DNA of 64,000 nt from an uncultured Planctomycetota bacterium (GTDB lineage: Bacteria; Planctomycetota; Planctomycetia; Gemmatales; Gemmataceae), in contig CAWKHF010000007.1 in NCBI GenBank assembly GCA_963849325.1, positions 224,001-288,000 on the forward strand, written 5' to 3'. Made by a program: the position numbers and the translations under genes. Numbering within the stretch: position 1 is the stretch's first letter; every line of letters begins with the position of its first letter. The notes beneath the pieces were generated by a model. That model had not been told where the DNA came from, did not search any database, and saw only the letters and a program-made list of their open reading frames with translations. Below are positions 31,256-43,240 of this stretch, one piece after another.

Positions 31256-32514
31256 ATGAATCGCATCCTGCCGCGATTGTTCATCTCCGCGTTCGCGCTG
31301 TGCGGCGGACTGTCGGCGCACGCCGTCGAGCCGGCCGCTCCCGAGTCGTTCGCCGACCTGCATCGGCTCATCAAGCCGACCGCTAAGGAAGACCGTTGGA
31401 ACCGCATCCCCTGGTTGACGAGCCTGTGGGAAGCACGGCGGCAGGCGGCGGCCAAGGGCAAGCCGATCCTGCTGTGGGAGATGGACGGTCATCCGCTTGG
31501 CTGCACCTGAAACAACGGAGTCGCGGGCCGTGCGCTCGCTTTCTCCGATACCGAAGTCATCCGCCTGGCCACGGAGGAATACATCGCCGTCAGCGGCGAC
31601 GAGTGGTATCAGCGTCGCCGCCGGGACGCCGAGGGCGACTTCCTCCGCCGCGTGGCCGAGCAGAACCCCAACAAGGGCGACGAGGGCCAGAGCCGTCAGG
31701 GTCTGTACTGCTTCACGGCCTCCGGCCAGCTGCTGGCCTGCAACAACCACCAGGACGCCGACGCCGTGCGCGATCTCCTGGAGCAGGGGCTGGCCGCGTG
31801 GAACCGTCTGCCCGACGACGAGCGCCGGCCCGGCGCCGTCACGGTGCCTGCTCTCCGCAAGACCGACGCGGAGTTCACGCGCCAGCCGCCGGCCGGCGGA
31901 CTGGTCCTCAACGTCTACACGCGCATTCTCGATCGAGAAGGGCGACGGCCGATACTGCCGCGGCAGTTGCGACTTCCCCGGCGGCGAGCGGTCCGCCCGC
32001 GATCACCTGTGGCTGAAGCGATCCGAGTGGCGGAGTCTCGTGCCGGCCAGCGCGAAGAAGGGCGACCGCATCGACATGCCCGCCGCGCTCGCCGAGCGTC
32101 TGCTGCGCTATCATCTCGTGGACAACACGCGCGGCGAACCGTCCTTCTGGGAGGCGCGAGAGGTCCGCAAAAAGAGCCTGACCTGGACCGTCGAGCGCGC
32201 CACGCAGGAGGAGATGCGGCTGCGGCTGGACGGCAGTGCTCTGCTGGCCACGAACGCAAGACCCGGAGAAGGCGGAGCGCGGCTACGAAGTGCGCGTGCT
32301 CGGTTTCCTTCACTACGACCGTACACGCCAGAAAATCGACCGACTCGACCTGGTCGCCATCGGCGAGCACTGGGGCGAGGGCGAGTTCACGCCAGGATCG
32401 CGGCCGGGACGGAAACCGCTCGGCGTCGCTCTGGAGCTGAGCACCGGCGAGCGCGACTCCGACCGCATCCCGCCGCAGGCCGCCCGCGATTTGCAGGACT
32501 ATCTCGGGAAATAG
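31256..32514 (+). CDS. Putative exported selenoprotein, thioredoxin-like fold (SelN-like), Sec at codon 85; two downstream frameshifts (about 31940, 32262)
   Basis: Signal peptide; IPWLTSLWEARRQAAAKGKPILLW...GCT-TGA-NNG; the frame stays open and coding-like after the TGA; hairpin directly downstream. Confidence 0.7.
31511..31547 (+). promoter_or_regulatory. Candidate bacterial SECIS element
   Basis: CGGAG/CTCCG lower stem, GCGGGC/GCTCGC upper stem, loop CGTGC starting 18 nt after the UGA. Confidence 0.6.
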
Positions 32515-32623
32515 GGTTTAGGGTTTAGGGTTTGGGGTTTAGGGTAAAAGGCAGAAGAACGAGGGTCTGGGTTGAGGGAGAGGCCCGAGACCCTAAACCC
32601 TAAACCCTAAACCCTAAACCCTA
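32512..32623. repeat. (TTTAGGG)n / (CCCTAAA)n heptamer inverted repeat
   Basis: Arms 32512-32545 and 32590-32623, one mismatch. Confidence 0.95.
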
Positions 32624-34096
32624 TGAGAGTCGTCATCGTCGGTGGAGGCATTTCCGGGCTGGCCCTCGCCTATCGGCTCGAACAGAACGCGCCGTCCGTG
32701 GAGGCCATCGTTCTGGAGGAACGCTCCCAGTTGGGCGGCACCATTGGCACCGAGTACCACGACGGTTTCCGCATCGAAATCGGTCCCAACGGCTTCCTCG
32801 ACAACAAGCCGTTCGCCCTCGACCTGTGCCGCGAATTGGGGCTGGGACCGCAACTCCTCGCCGCCAGCGACGCGGCGCGGCGCAACCGCTATCTCTTCCT
32901 CGACGGCCGGCTGCGTCTGTTGCCGAATAGCCTGCCGTCGTTTCTGACCAGTGACGTCCTCAGCTGGCGCAGCCGGTTCTTGCTCCTGGCCGAGCGTTTT
33001 CGTCCGCCGCGGCGGGACGGCGGCGACGAGTCCATCGACGCCTTCGTCCGCCGTCGCGTCGGCCGCGAGGTGGCCGAGACACTGGCCGACGCCTTCGTGA
33101 CCGGCATTTACGCCGGCGATCCGAAGTTGCTGAGCGTCCAGGCCGCCTTGCCGCGCCTGTCCGCCCTGGAGCGCGAACATGGCAGCGTGCTACGCGGCAT
33201 GGGACGGAACGCCCGGCAGCGACGAACCGAGGCCATCGCGCGCGGCGAACCGCCTCCTTCCGCCGGGCGCATGTGGTCGTTCCGCGAAGGACTCGGACGG
33301 CTGATCGACACGTTGCGCGGCGCGCCTCCGCCATCCCCCGTTGACCGGCGTGGCGGTACGGACGATCCGGCGGACGGAGAAGTCGGGCTGGCGCGTACAG
33401 GGCGATGGCCGCGACGGCTGGGACGCCGAGGCGGTGGTGCTGGCCTGTCCGGCCCCGCGACAGGCGGCGATCTTGGCGGACGAAGACGCCGGCCTAGCGG
33501 CGGTGATCGATGGCATCCCCTTCAACCGCGTCGCCGTCGTGGCCCTGGGCTATCGCGTCGCGGACGTGCCGGGTCCGCTGGAAGGGTTCGGCTACCTGTC
33601 GCCACAGCGCGAGCGACGCGACGTGCTCGGCGTGCAGTGGTGCTCCTCCATCTTCCCCGACCGAGCGCCTCCGGGAATGGTGCTGCTGCGAGCCATGTGC
33701 GGCGGTTGGAATCGGCCGGAAATGCTCGACTGGGACGACGACCGGCTCGTCCGCGCCGTCCGCGGCGAGCTGCGGCTGGCGATGCGGATCGAAGCGGCGC
33801 CCGTTTTCCGCCACGTCGTCCGTTGGCGGCGAGCGATCCCGCAGTATCACCTTGGACACCTTGAGCGCGTCGCCTGGATCGAGGGCCGACTCGCGCATCA
33901 CCCCGGTTTGTTCCTGGGCGGGAACGCCTATCACGGCGTGGCCCTCAACGATTGCGTCGAACAGGCCGACATGCTGGCGCGGCGAGTCAGCGCGGCATCT
34001 ATCAAAAGTTGGAGACACCCTCTGATCGGAACGAGAAGGAAATCGTCCTACCGGCTTTGCGAGCGGGAACTGAACCACGGTACAATCCCCGCATGA
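32623..34096 (+). CDS. hemY: Protoporphyrinogen/coproporphyrinogen oxidase (HemY type; frameshift near 33325)
   Basis: VVIVGGGISGL, E.GPNGFL, DESIDAFVRRRVG, GIYAGDP, GFGYL, AIPQYHLGH, GNAYHGVALNDCV. Confidence 0.92.
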
Positions 34097-35175
34097 ACGA
34101 GAAGCGTCCCCAGGCCAAAGGCCGAGGCTCTCAGATCGACCCGCCCAATCGTTTCGGAGGGCCGTACCACCTACCCGACCTCGAACACGTCGAACACGAT
34201 CAGGATTATCTGGATAGTCTGCACGACCGGCCAACCGAGTATATTCCCGACCACGCCCGCACCGTGGTCACGGAGAACAACAGCCCCAACGTCGGCTTCC
34301 GCTACAGCATCAACCCGTACCGAGGCTGTTCGCATGGTTGTGCCTATTGCTACGCTCGACCAACCCACGAATACCTCGGCCTCAGCGCCGGGCTGGACTT
34401 CGAGACGAAGATCTTCGTCAAGCACGCCGCCCCCGAGCTGTTCCGTGCGTTTCTGTCGCGGGACCAATGGCGACCCGAACCCATCGCCCTGTCGGGCGTC
34501 ACCGACCCCTATCAGCCGGCCGAGCGTCAGTTCCTCCTGACGCGCCGCTGCCTCGAAGTGGCGGTGGAAGCTTTCCAACCGATCAGCATCATCACCAAGA
34601 ACGCCCTGGTCTTCCGCGACCTGGACCTTCTCCGGCGCATGGCCGCTGTCCATCTGGTCCACGTCAACATGAGCGTGACCACGCTGGACGCCGAACTCGC
34701 TCGCTCGATGGAGCCACGGACAAGCACTCCAGCGGCCCGGTTGGAGGCGGTCAAGGCACTTGGAGAAGCGGGGGTGCCGGTGCGTGTGTTGATCGCCCCG
34801 GTGATTCCCGGCCTGACCGACAATGAGATCCCCGCCATTCTCGCCGCCGCCAAGGAGGCAGGGGCGCAGGCGGCAGCGTTCACCATGCTGCGTCTGCCCT
34901 TGACGGTCGCCCCGGTATTCCGTGAATGGCTGGAACGGAGCCATCCGACACGCCGGTCGCGCGTGGAAGGTCGGATTCGAGGGGTACGGGGCGGCAAGTG
35001 GAATGATCCCGACTTCGGTACGCGGATGTGTGGCACCGGCGTGATGGCGCGGCAGATCGCCGACCTCTTTGCGGTCTTCGCCCGCAAGCACGGACTCGAC
35101 GGCGGGTTGCCGCCTTATGATTGCTCGCGATTCCGTCCCCCGGCGGACGCATCGGGACAGCGGTGGCTGTTTTAG
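34093..35175 (+). CDS. PA0069/Rv2578c-family radical SAM protein
   Basis: SINPYRGCSHGCAYCYARPTHEYLG, GLDFETKI, TDPYQPAE, MEPRTSTP, APVIPGLTD. Confidence 0.92.
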   Translation: MNEKRPQAKGRGSQIDPPNRFGGPYHLPDLEHVEHDQDYLDSLHDRPTEYIPDHARTVVTENNSPNVGFRYSINPYRGCSHGCAYCYARPTHEYLGLSAGLDFETKIFVKHAAPELFRAFLSRDQWRPEPIALSGVTDPYQPAERQFLLTRRCLEVAVEAFQPISIITKNALVFRDLDLLRRMAAVHLVHVNMSVTTLDAELARSMEPRTSTPAARLEAVKALGEAGVPVRVLIAPVIPGLTDNEIPAILAAAKEAGAQAAAFTMLRLPLTVAPVFREWLERSHPTRRSRVEGRIRGVRGGKWNDPDFGTRMCGTGVMARQIADLFAVFARKHGLDGGLPPYDCSRFRPPADASGQRWLF

Positions 35176-35192
35176 CTTTTCCATCTCTTCTC

Positions 35193-35241
35193 TTGACATT
35201 CGCGGCCAGACGGGTAAAGTTTAGACTGAGATTCAATCTCA
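35193..35241 (+). promoter_or_regulatory. Sigma70-type promoter with Fur-like box upstream of the feo operon
   Basis: TTGACA (35193), TAAAGT (35215), perfect 7-1-7 palindrome TGAGATT-C-AATCTCA (35227-35241). Confidence 0.7.
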
Positions 35242-35287
35242 ATAAGGACGGCTTGCGATTCCCACCGACTGACAAAGGTGTCCTCTT

Positions 35288-35528
35288 GTGAACGTTGAAA
35301 CGCTTCTCCCCCTTGAATTCCTGCGACCGGGCGAATGGGCGGACGTGGCCGAGGTATCGGGCGAACCGAGTTGGGTTGGCCGCCTGGCCGAGCTGGGCGT
35401 GCGGGCGGGCAGCCGTTTGCGGATGCTGCAGGCCGGTTGGCCGTGCCTGCTGCAAATCGGCGGCAGCCGTTTGTCCCTGCGCGGCGAACGTGGCGCCCGA
35501 GATCCTCGTTCGGCCGGTCGCCTGCTAA
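35288..35528 (+). CDS. feoA: Ferrous iron transport protein A (first copy; frameshift near 35497)
   Basis: PLEFLRPGE, RLAELGVRAG, IGGSRLSLR; EILVRPV* in the shifted frame. Confidence 0.75.
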
Positions 35529-35530
35529 CC

Positions 35531-35761
35531 ATGCCCCCTCTCGATCAGCTACGGCCGGGTCAGCGCGGTCGCATCTCGGCCCTGGAGGGCAGCGATGCTC
35601 TCCTCCAACGTCTCATGGAGATGGGTCTGTTTGAAGGGGAAGAGATCGAAGTGATCGCCTTGGCCCCCCTGGGCGATCCCCTCGAAATTCGCCTCGGCGA
35701 TTCCCGCCTCAGCCTCCGCCGTAGCGAGGCCGCCCGCGTACACGTCCAGGTGACAGGATGA
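35531..35761 (+). CDS. feoA: Ferrous iron transport protein A (second copy)
   Basis: RLMEMGLFEG, APLGDPLEIRL, LSLRRSEA. Confidence 0.9.
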   Translation: MPPLDQLRPGQRGRISALEGSDALLQRLMEMGLFEGEEIEVIALAPLGDPLEIRLGDSRLSLRRSEAARVHVQVTG

Positions 35762-35773
35762 CAAGGTGACAAG

Positions 35774-37979
<2,206 letters not shown>

Positions 37980-38002
<23 letters not shown>

Positions 38003-40004
38003 CCAAGCGTTCCAGGGCTGCCTTGGCCTCGCGGGTGATCCAGGCATGGGGAGCGCCGTGGGCCAGTGTTTTCAAGACTTGCCGGGCATCCGCTGTGCCT
38101 AGATGCTCCAAAGTTTCGATGGTCCGCACTTCGCGGAGGCGTTCGGGAGAGGTGGAGAGCGCTCGAATTTTCCCCAATAACTCCTCGATGCGCTTACGGG
38201 CCTCCAATGCCGGCTTGTTCGTGAGCGCTTCCACGAGCGCTGGCTCGGCATGTTCGCCGAGTTGCTGCAGTTGCTCTGTCGCTTTCTCGCGGACAGCGAA
38301 CTCCCCACTGTCGAGGTCGGCGAGGAACCGGGCCGCCTGTCGGCCCTCGGCAGGTTCGGCCGCTGGCCGCAGCTTCGATTGAAGGAAAGAGACGGTTTGC
38401 TCCGGAGCCGTGGTTAACAGGCAGATCGCATCGAAGGCCTTGGCGGCGTCCGTGCTGGCCAGGGTCTTCCACAATTGTTGCTGTTGCTCGGCTGAGAGAG
38501 CCACGCTCTCGCGGACAGACGCGTCGAGCACATCCCAGACCAGCGCGGTCGTGTCGGAGCTGCTGGATACCAGCCATTTGCCGTCGAGTGAGAAAGCAAC
38601 CCTTGAGATCCCACCACGATGCCCCTTCCACTCGCGCCGCTTCTGCCCCGTGGCGACCTCCCAGAGTTGAACAAGGTGCTCCCCATAACGGCGATCGCGG
38701 TCCCCGGACTGCCCCTCATAACCGACGGCCAGGGCGCGTCCGTCAGGAGTGAAGGCAAGGGGCGTGGTCCGGCCGGTATGAGGCAGACGAATTTGACGCT
38801 GCTCCGTTCCGTCCCGCACATCCCAGAGATGGATCGTGTAGCGGTCATATTTGGTGGTTGTGATGCTCTCGGTGGCCAGGAGATGGCCCGTCGGGGAAAA
38901 TGCCAGCGCACGAAAGCTCCGATCCGCAAGCGCGAGAGTTCGTATCTCCTTGCCCGTCGCCACGTCCCGCAGGACCACTTTCCCCGCTTCGAGCACGGCC
39001 AGAACTTTGCCGTCGGCGGAGAAGGCCAAGAAGCCGACCCAGCCTTTGTGTCCATTGGCTTGCCAGAGGAGCCTGCCGGTAGCCACGTCCCTGAGCTTGA
39101 CCTCTTTGTAGCCGGTCGCCAGCATTTTGCCGTCGGGAGACAACGCCAGGCGATAGACAACCTCGTCCGGCGCTCGCCGCGTCCGCTCGCCGCTGGAGAG
39201 ATCCCACAGGTCGAACCCTTTTGGCTCAATGGCTCTTTCGCCATAGCGCACGCCGGCCGAGGCTAATTGTTTGCCGTCCGGCGAGAAAGCCACGCCAAGC
39301 ACTTCGTTCGTATCCGGGTCGAGCGAGAAGCGACGGATCACTCGTCCTGTAGCCGTATCACATAAGCGAATTGATTCCCCAAGGCCGCCTACGGCCACGG
39401 TTCTGCCCTCTGGAGAGATAGCCAACGTCTGGATGTTATTGTTCGGCTCCTCATTCCGCTGTATTTCCTTGCCGGTGGTGATGTCCCAAAGCCGGATCGA
39501 GCGGTCCTGGCCCACGGCCAAAGTTCGGCCGTCCGGAGCGAGGGCCAAGGAGAGCGTCCCGTAGGGGATGGCGATTCGCCGGCGCGGCTTGATCTCGGGG
39601 GTGGTGTCCCAGATTTGCAAGAGTCCATAGCTGGGCCGCCCGGATGGCTTCGGATCGCTTCCGTTGGCACCTCCGAGGAACAAGGCTTTTCCGTCGTGGG
39701 AGAAGATCACGCTGAATACCGCACCGGGCTGCTCCATCTTCTGAATTGCCTTGCCCGAAGCCATGTCCCATAGGCGAACCGTCTTGTCCTCGCTGCCGGA
39801 GACGACGACTTTGCCGTCAGGCGAAATAGCCGCGGAATAAACCGTGTCCGTGTGCCCCTCGAACCGATGCAGTTCCTCTCCCGTGGCCACGTTCCAGATA
39901 CGCACGGTATTATCTTGTCCTGCCGAGACGAGCTTGCTGCCATCGCTGGAAAAAGAGAGAGACAAAATCCCTTTTTGATGACCTTTCAAACGAGCCGCCG
40001 CCAT
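37980..40004 (-). CDS. WD40-repeat protein with C-terminal HEAT-like helices (possibly missing its N-terminus)
   Basis: Many GH...SPDG...LWD repeats; LDSGEFAVREKAT..L, RLREVRTIETLE tail typical of planctomycetes. Confidence 0.88.
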
Positions 40005-40068
40005 GCTGTGAGCTGACTTCTCCCGCTCCGGTTCTGGAAACCGCTTCTACGGGGCGTCCAGCAATAAC

Positions 40069-40144
40069 TTCGGCGAGCGGGTTCGCGTCAGCGCCCCGAG
40101 AACGCCGCGGTCTCTTGGGCGCTAACGCGAACCCGCTCGCCGAA
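40069..40144. repeat. REP-like palindrome
   Basis: TTCGGCGAGCGGGTTCGCGT.AGCGCCC and its reverse complement. Confidence 0.85.
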
Positions 40145-40170
40145 ACTTGGAAGTCATTCGTGGACGTGCC

Positions 40171-41871
40171 CTAAACGAGGATTCGCTTCTTCCGCGTCAC
40201 GGAGGACGCAACTCGACTCGCCCCTCGCGGCGTGGTCCGGTCCACCGCGCGGGCGACACGCTTCGATTCGGAGATGGGCGCTCCGGTGTCCGGATCGATC
40301 GCCAGGCAGGCGCCGCCGACCATGCGGGTGACGATCTGGCCGAGGGCGGCGGCGTTGCCGCGCAGGTGCGGCGCATCGAGCAGGCCGATCTCCACCGCGC
40401 GGGCGAGCGTGTCGGGGTCGGTGTAGGGATCGCGGTCCATCGGCGCCAGACGAGTGATGGCGTCGAGGAGCACGGCGGCATCCGCCAGTAGTTCCGCCTT
40501 GCGCCGCTGCACGCCGGCGTCGGCGGTCATGTCCGGCAGACCGAGCAAGCACTGCGAGATGGCGCCGTCGGCGATGCGGCAGGCCTCGATCAGTTCCTCG
40601 GCGGTCGTGGCGTGGTGCGCCTCGGTGTGGCCGACGATGTGAACGATGTGCGGCTTCAGCTGCATTTGCAGGCAGACCGTGGCTGCCAGGTGGCCGCGAG
40701 CCACGCTCGGGTCGGGAGGATACGAGGTCAGCCCGCCGCGTGTCTCTCGCCAGACGCGGAAGTATCCGTCTTGCAGCGATTCCACCAGCTCCAGCTTTGC
40801 CAGCATCTTGCCAAGATCCATCGTCGGCGAAGTATTCGGCGGATTGTTGAACATCAGCTGCTGCACGTAATCGCGCACGCCCGCCGCGCGGGCGTTGTAG
40901 GCGGCCAGGTAGGCGGCGACGACGGCGACCACGTCCGGAGCGTCGCGCAGGCTCCAGTGGTGCGATTCGTTCATCTCGACGGGGATGTCGTGCTCGGCGT
41001 GCCAGCGCATCAGCGCCTGCGTTTCGGGGATGGCCTCGCGCAGCGGACGGGGACTGCGGCCGTCGAGCTGCGTGTACCAGAACAGCGGAATGGCGCACCA
41101 GGCGTTGTGGATGGTCCGCGCCAGCATCGGCGCCCAGCGCAGCGTATCGCGCGTCCCGCTGTAGCAGCGCATCAACGGGTAATTGCCGAGACGAGTATGG
41201 GCGTAGATGGTAGCCAGGTCGGCCTCGGTGCGCACCGGCACGCCGCCGGCGCCGTGCGCGCCAGGGTCCATCTCCTCCGGCCGGAAAAAATGCTCCTGGG
41301 CGTTCTGATCGGTGCCTAGCGAGAGGACATCCAGGCATTCAGCGTGAGCGATGGCCACGACGCCGGCCACGGTTTCGTCCACCGTCGGCCGGCCGAAGTG
41401 ATGACGCAGCAGCGGATAGGGCACCTTCCAGCGGATGCGCTCGGCCAGCGTCTGCGGCGGCGGCGATCCGATAGCGGACTCCGTCTGTTCGCCGCGCAGA
41501 TAGGCGACCACGGCCGGTTTCGAGGTGCCGCTGGCGAACGTCATGCGGAAGAGTCCGCATTCGCGGGCGGCGGCCACGCACGGCTCCGTCCCTCCGAACA
41601 GCCAGGCGCGCCGTTCCTCGCCGCGCTGGGCGACCTTGGACGCAAGCTCGTTCAGCAGGTTATGGCAATTTTCCGGCGTCAGGCGATAGCCGACGGCGAC
41701 GATGGACGGGTCCAGGGCCGCCACCTTCTCCAGCAAGGTGTCCACCGAAACCGCCGGTCCCAGGCAGATGGTCTCATACCCCAGCTGCTCGGCGAGGTTG
41801 AGGAAGTTGACGACGCCGGCGACGTGGACGCAATCGCCGATGGCGGCGCCGACGATCAAACGGTCTTTCAT
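40171..41871 (-). CDS. Cobalamin-binding domain protein with a large uncharacterised catalytic domain
   Basis: N-terminal GAAIGDCVHVAG, LG.AV, VGYRL, LFGG Rossmann B12 domain; about 420-aa C-terminal domain. Confidence 0.8.
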   Translation of the reverse strand: MKDRLIVGAAIGDCVHVAGVVNFLNLAEQLGYETICLGPAVSVDTLLEKVAALDPSIVAVGYRLTPENCHNLLNELASKVAQRGEERRAWLFGGTEPCVAAARECGLFRMTFASGTSKPAVVAYLRGEQTESAIGSPPPQTLAERIRWKVPYPLLRHHFGRPTVDETVAGVVAIAHAECLDVLSLGTDQNAQEHFFRPEEMDPGAHGAGGVPVRTEADLATIYAHTRLGNYPLMRCYSGTRDTLRWAPMLARTIHNAWCAIPLFWYTQLDGRSPRPLREAIPETQALMRWHAEHDIPVEMNESHHWSLRDAPDVVAVVAAYLAAYNARAAGVRDYVQQLMFNNPPNTSPTMDLGKMLAKLELVESLQDGYFRVWRETRGGLTSYPPDPSVARGHLAATVCLQMQLKPHIVHIVGHTEAHHATTAEELIEACRIADGAISQCLLGLPDMTADAGVQRRKAELLADAAVLLDAITRLAPMDRDPYTDPDTLARAVEIGLLDAPHLRGNAAALGQIVTRMVGGACLAIDPDTGAPISESKRVARAVDRTTPRGASRVASSVTRKKRILV

Positions 41872-41915
41872 GCGATCGCCTCCCGATTAAGGGCCACGAA
41901 CCAAATACAATTTCA

Positions 41916-41998
41916 ACCACGGATAACACGGATAACACGGATAAAGAAAACCAGAACCCTTCTTGGGTTTTATCCGTGTTATCCGTGTTATCCGTGGT
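41916..41998. repeat. CACGGATAA 9-mer tandem-unit inverted repeat
   Basis: ACCACGGATAACACGGATAACACGGATAAA followed by TTTATCCGTGTTATCCGTGTTATCCGTGGT. Confidence 0.92.
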
Positions 41999-42021
41999 CA
42001 AAATGCATTTGATTCATGCCT

Positions 42022-43203
42022 CTAAAGCTGCGGAACCAACGCCTGTGCCGAGCCGAAACTTGCGTAAGCGGGAATGCCGGCCGTCGCCAGCCTCGCCGCG
42101 GCCGGAACGTGACCGCGCTGGACGAACGCTCGAATCTCCTCGGGGCGGAGTCCGTCCAGCCCGAGAGCGTTGAGAGTGCGCGGACGCTGCCAACGCTGGC
42201 CGCCGAGCAACAGACGGGCCAGGTCCACCAGGCCCGCGAGGGTGGGCGTGGCGACCCCGGCGGCGCGACCCAACTCGATGAGCGGAATCAGCCCGGTCGG
42301 CACGTCTTCCAGCAGATAGCGATGGGCGAGAGTGTCCGGCGCCTTGATGCCGACGTAGGCCGGGTTGCCGCCTACCGCCGCGTGCAGAGTGTCGGCGCGG
42401 TGGCCGTAGGTCTGACCGACCCAGGCGCGCAGAGAGCAGGCGTTCACGCCGAAGGCGCGGGCGATGGCCAGGCGCTCCGCGTCGGCGTCGGCCAGGACGG
42501 CGGCCACCCGCGGAGTAACGCCGTCGGTGTAAAAGTCGAAGGAATCGCCATCCTCGATGCGCGCGGCGTTGAGCAGCGTGATGATGGGGTGCAGGATGGC
42601 GCCGAAGTTGGCCAGTCCGGTCTCCAGCACGGAGCGGGCGGGGGCCAGCATCGGCAGCAGCGGCCGAAAGGCGGCGAGCAGCTCGGCCGTGCGATTGGCC
42701 GGCAGGGAAGCGGCCAGAACCTCGGACTTGACGCCGAAGATGACGGCGTCCGCCGGTCCAACGCTGCGCGCGGCCAGGGGGAAGGTGTTGGCCTCGCCCA
42801 GCAGGACGCGGGCGCGACAGCCGGCGCCGCGACAGGCGCGACGGAACTCCAGGGCGCCTCCGGTGCGGCCGGGCAACAGCAGCACGGCCTGCCCGTCGCG
42901 AAGGTGCGGCGCACAGGCGCGGGCGATGTCGGCATGACCGCAGGCCGGCACCGCCACCACCACGAGGCGGGCGCCAACCAGGGCCGAGGCGATGTCGCTG
43001 GTGGCGACGTCAATCGGAGCATGGACCGCGGCCGAACCGGGCGAACTCAGGCGGACGCCGCCCCGCTCGGCCACGGGGACGACGCGCGCCGGGGAACGAT
43101 TCCACAGAGCGACGCGATGCCCCTGCCGCGCCAGGGAGGCGGCCAGGGCGAGGCCGCCGTGACCGGCGCCGAGAATCGCCACGGATGATTTCCGATGAAA
43201 CAC
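42022..43203 (-). CDS. NAD/NADP-dependent octopine/nopaline (opine) dehydrogenase family protein
   Basis: VAILGAGHGG, LLPGRTGGALEF, L.NFGAILHP, FYTDGVTP, DAERLAIA, HRYLLEDVPTGLIP; GTG start with GAGAGG SD. Confidence 0.88.
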   Translation of the reverse strand: MFHRKSSVAILGAGHGGLALAASLARQGHRVALWNRSPARVVPVAERGGVRLSSPGSAAVHAPIDVATSDIASALVGARLVVVAVPACGHADIARACAPHLRDGQAVLLLPGRTGGALEFRRACRGAGCRARVLLGEANTFPLAARSVGPADAVIFGVKSEVLAASLPANRTAELLAAFRPLLPMLAPARSVLETGLANFGAILHPIITLLNAARIEDGDSFDFYTDGVTPRVAAVLADADAERLAIARAFGVNACSLRAWVGQTYGHRADTLHAAVGGNPAYVGIKAPDTLAHRYLLEDVPTGLIPLIELGRAAGVATPTLAGLVDLARLLLGGQRWQRPRTLNALGLDGLRPEEIRAFVQRGHVPAAARLATAGIPAYASFGSAQALVPQL

Positions 43204-43240
43204 GTTTCCTCTCCCTTGTCTCGCAAACAGAGCTTGGACA

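Noticed and set aside
30182-31510. 442-aa NYN-thioredoxin fusion as shown in the ORF track
   Set aside because: An internal SD, ATG and signal peptide at 31256, plus a natural acidic NYN tail ending at TGA 31175 in another frame, indicate two genes joined by an indel.
32512-32623. Plant telomere (TTTAGGG) contamination or a chromosome end
   Set aside because: Only about 5 units per arm, arranged as an inverted pair and fused seamlessly to bacterial genes; same architecture as other local heptamer hairpins.
35288-35761. Single double-domain FeoA
   Set aside because: The first domain's expected end (EILVRPV*) lies in another frame with TAA at 35528, followed by ATG at 35531; more likely two genes.
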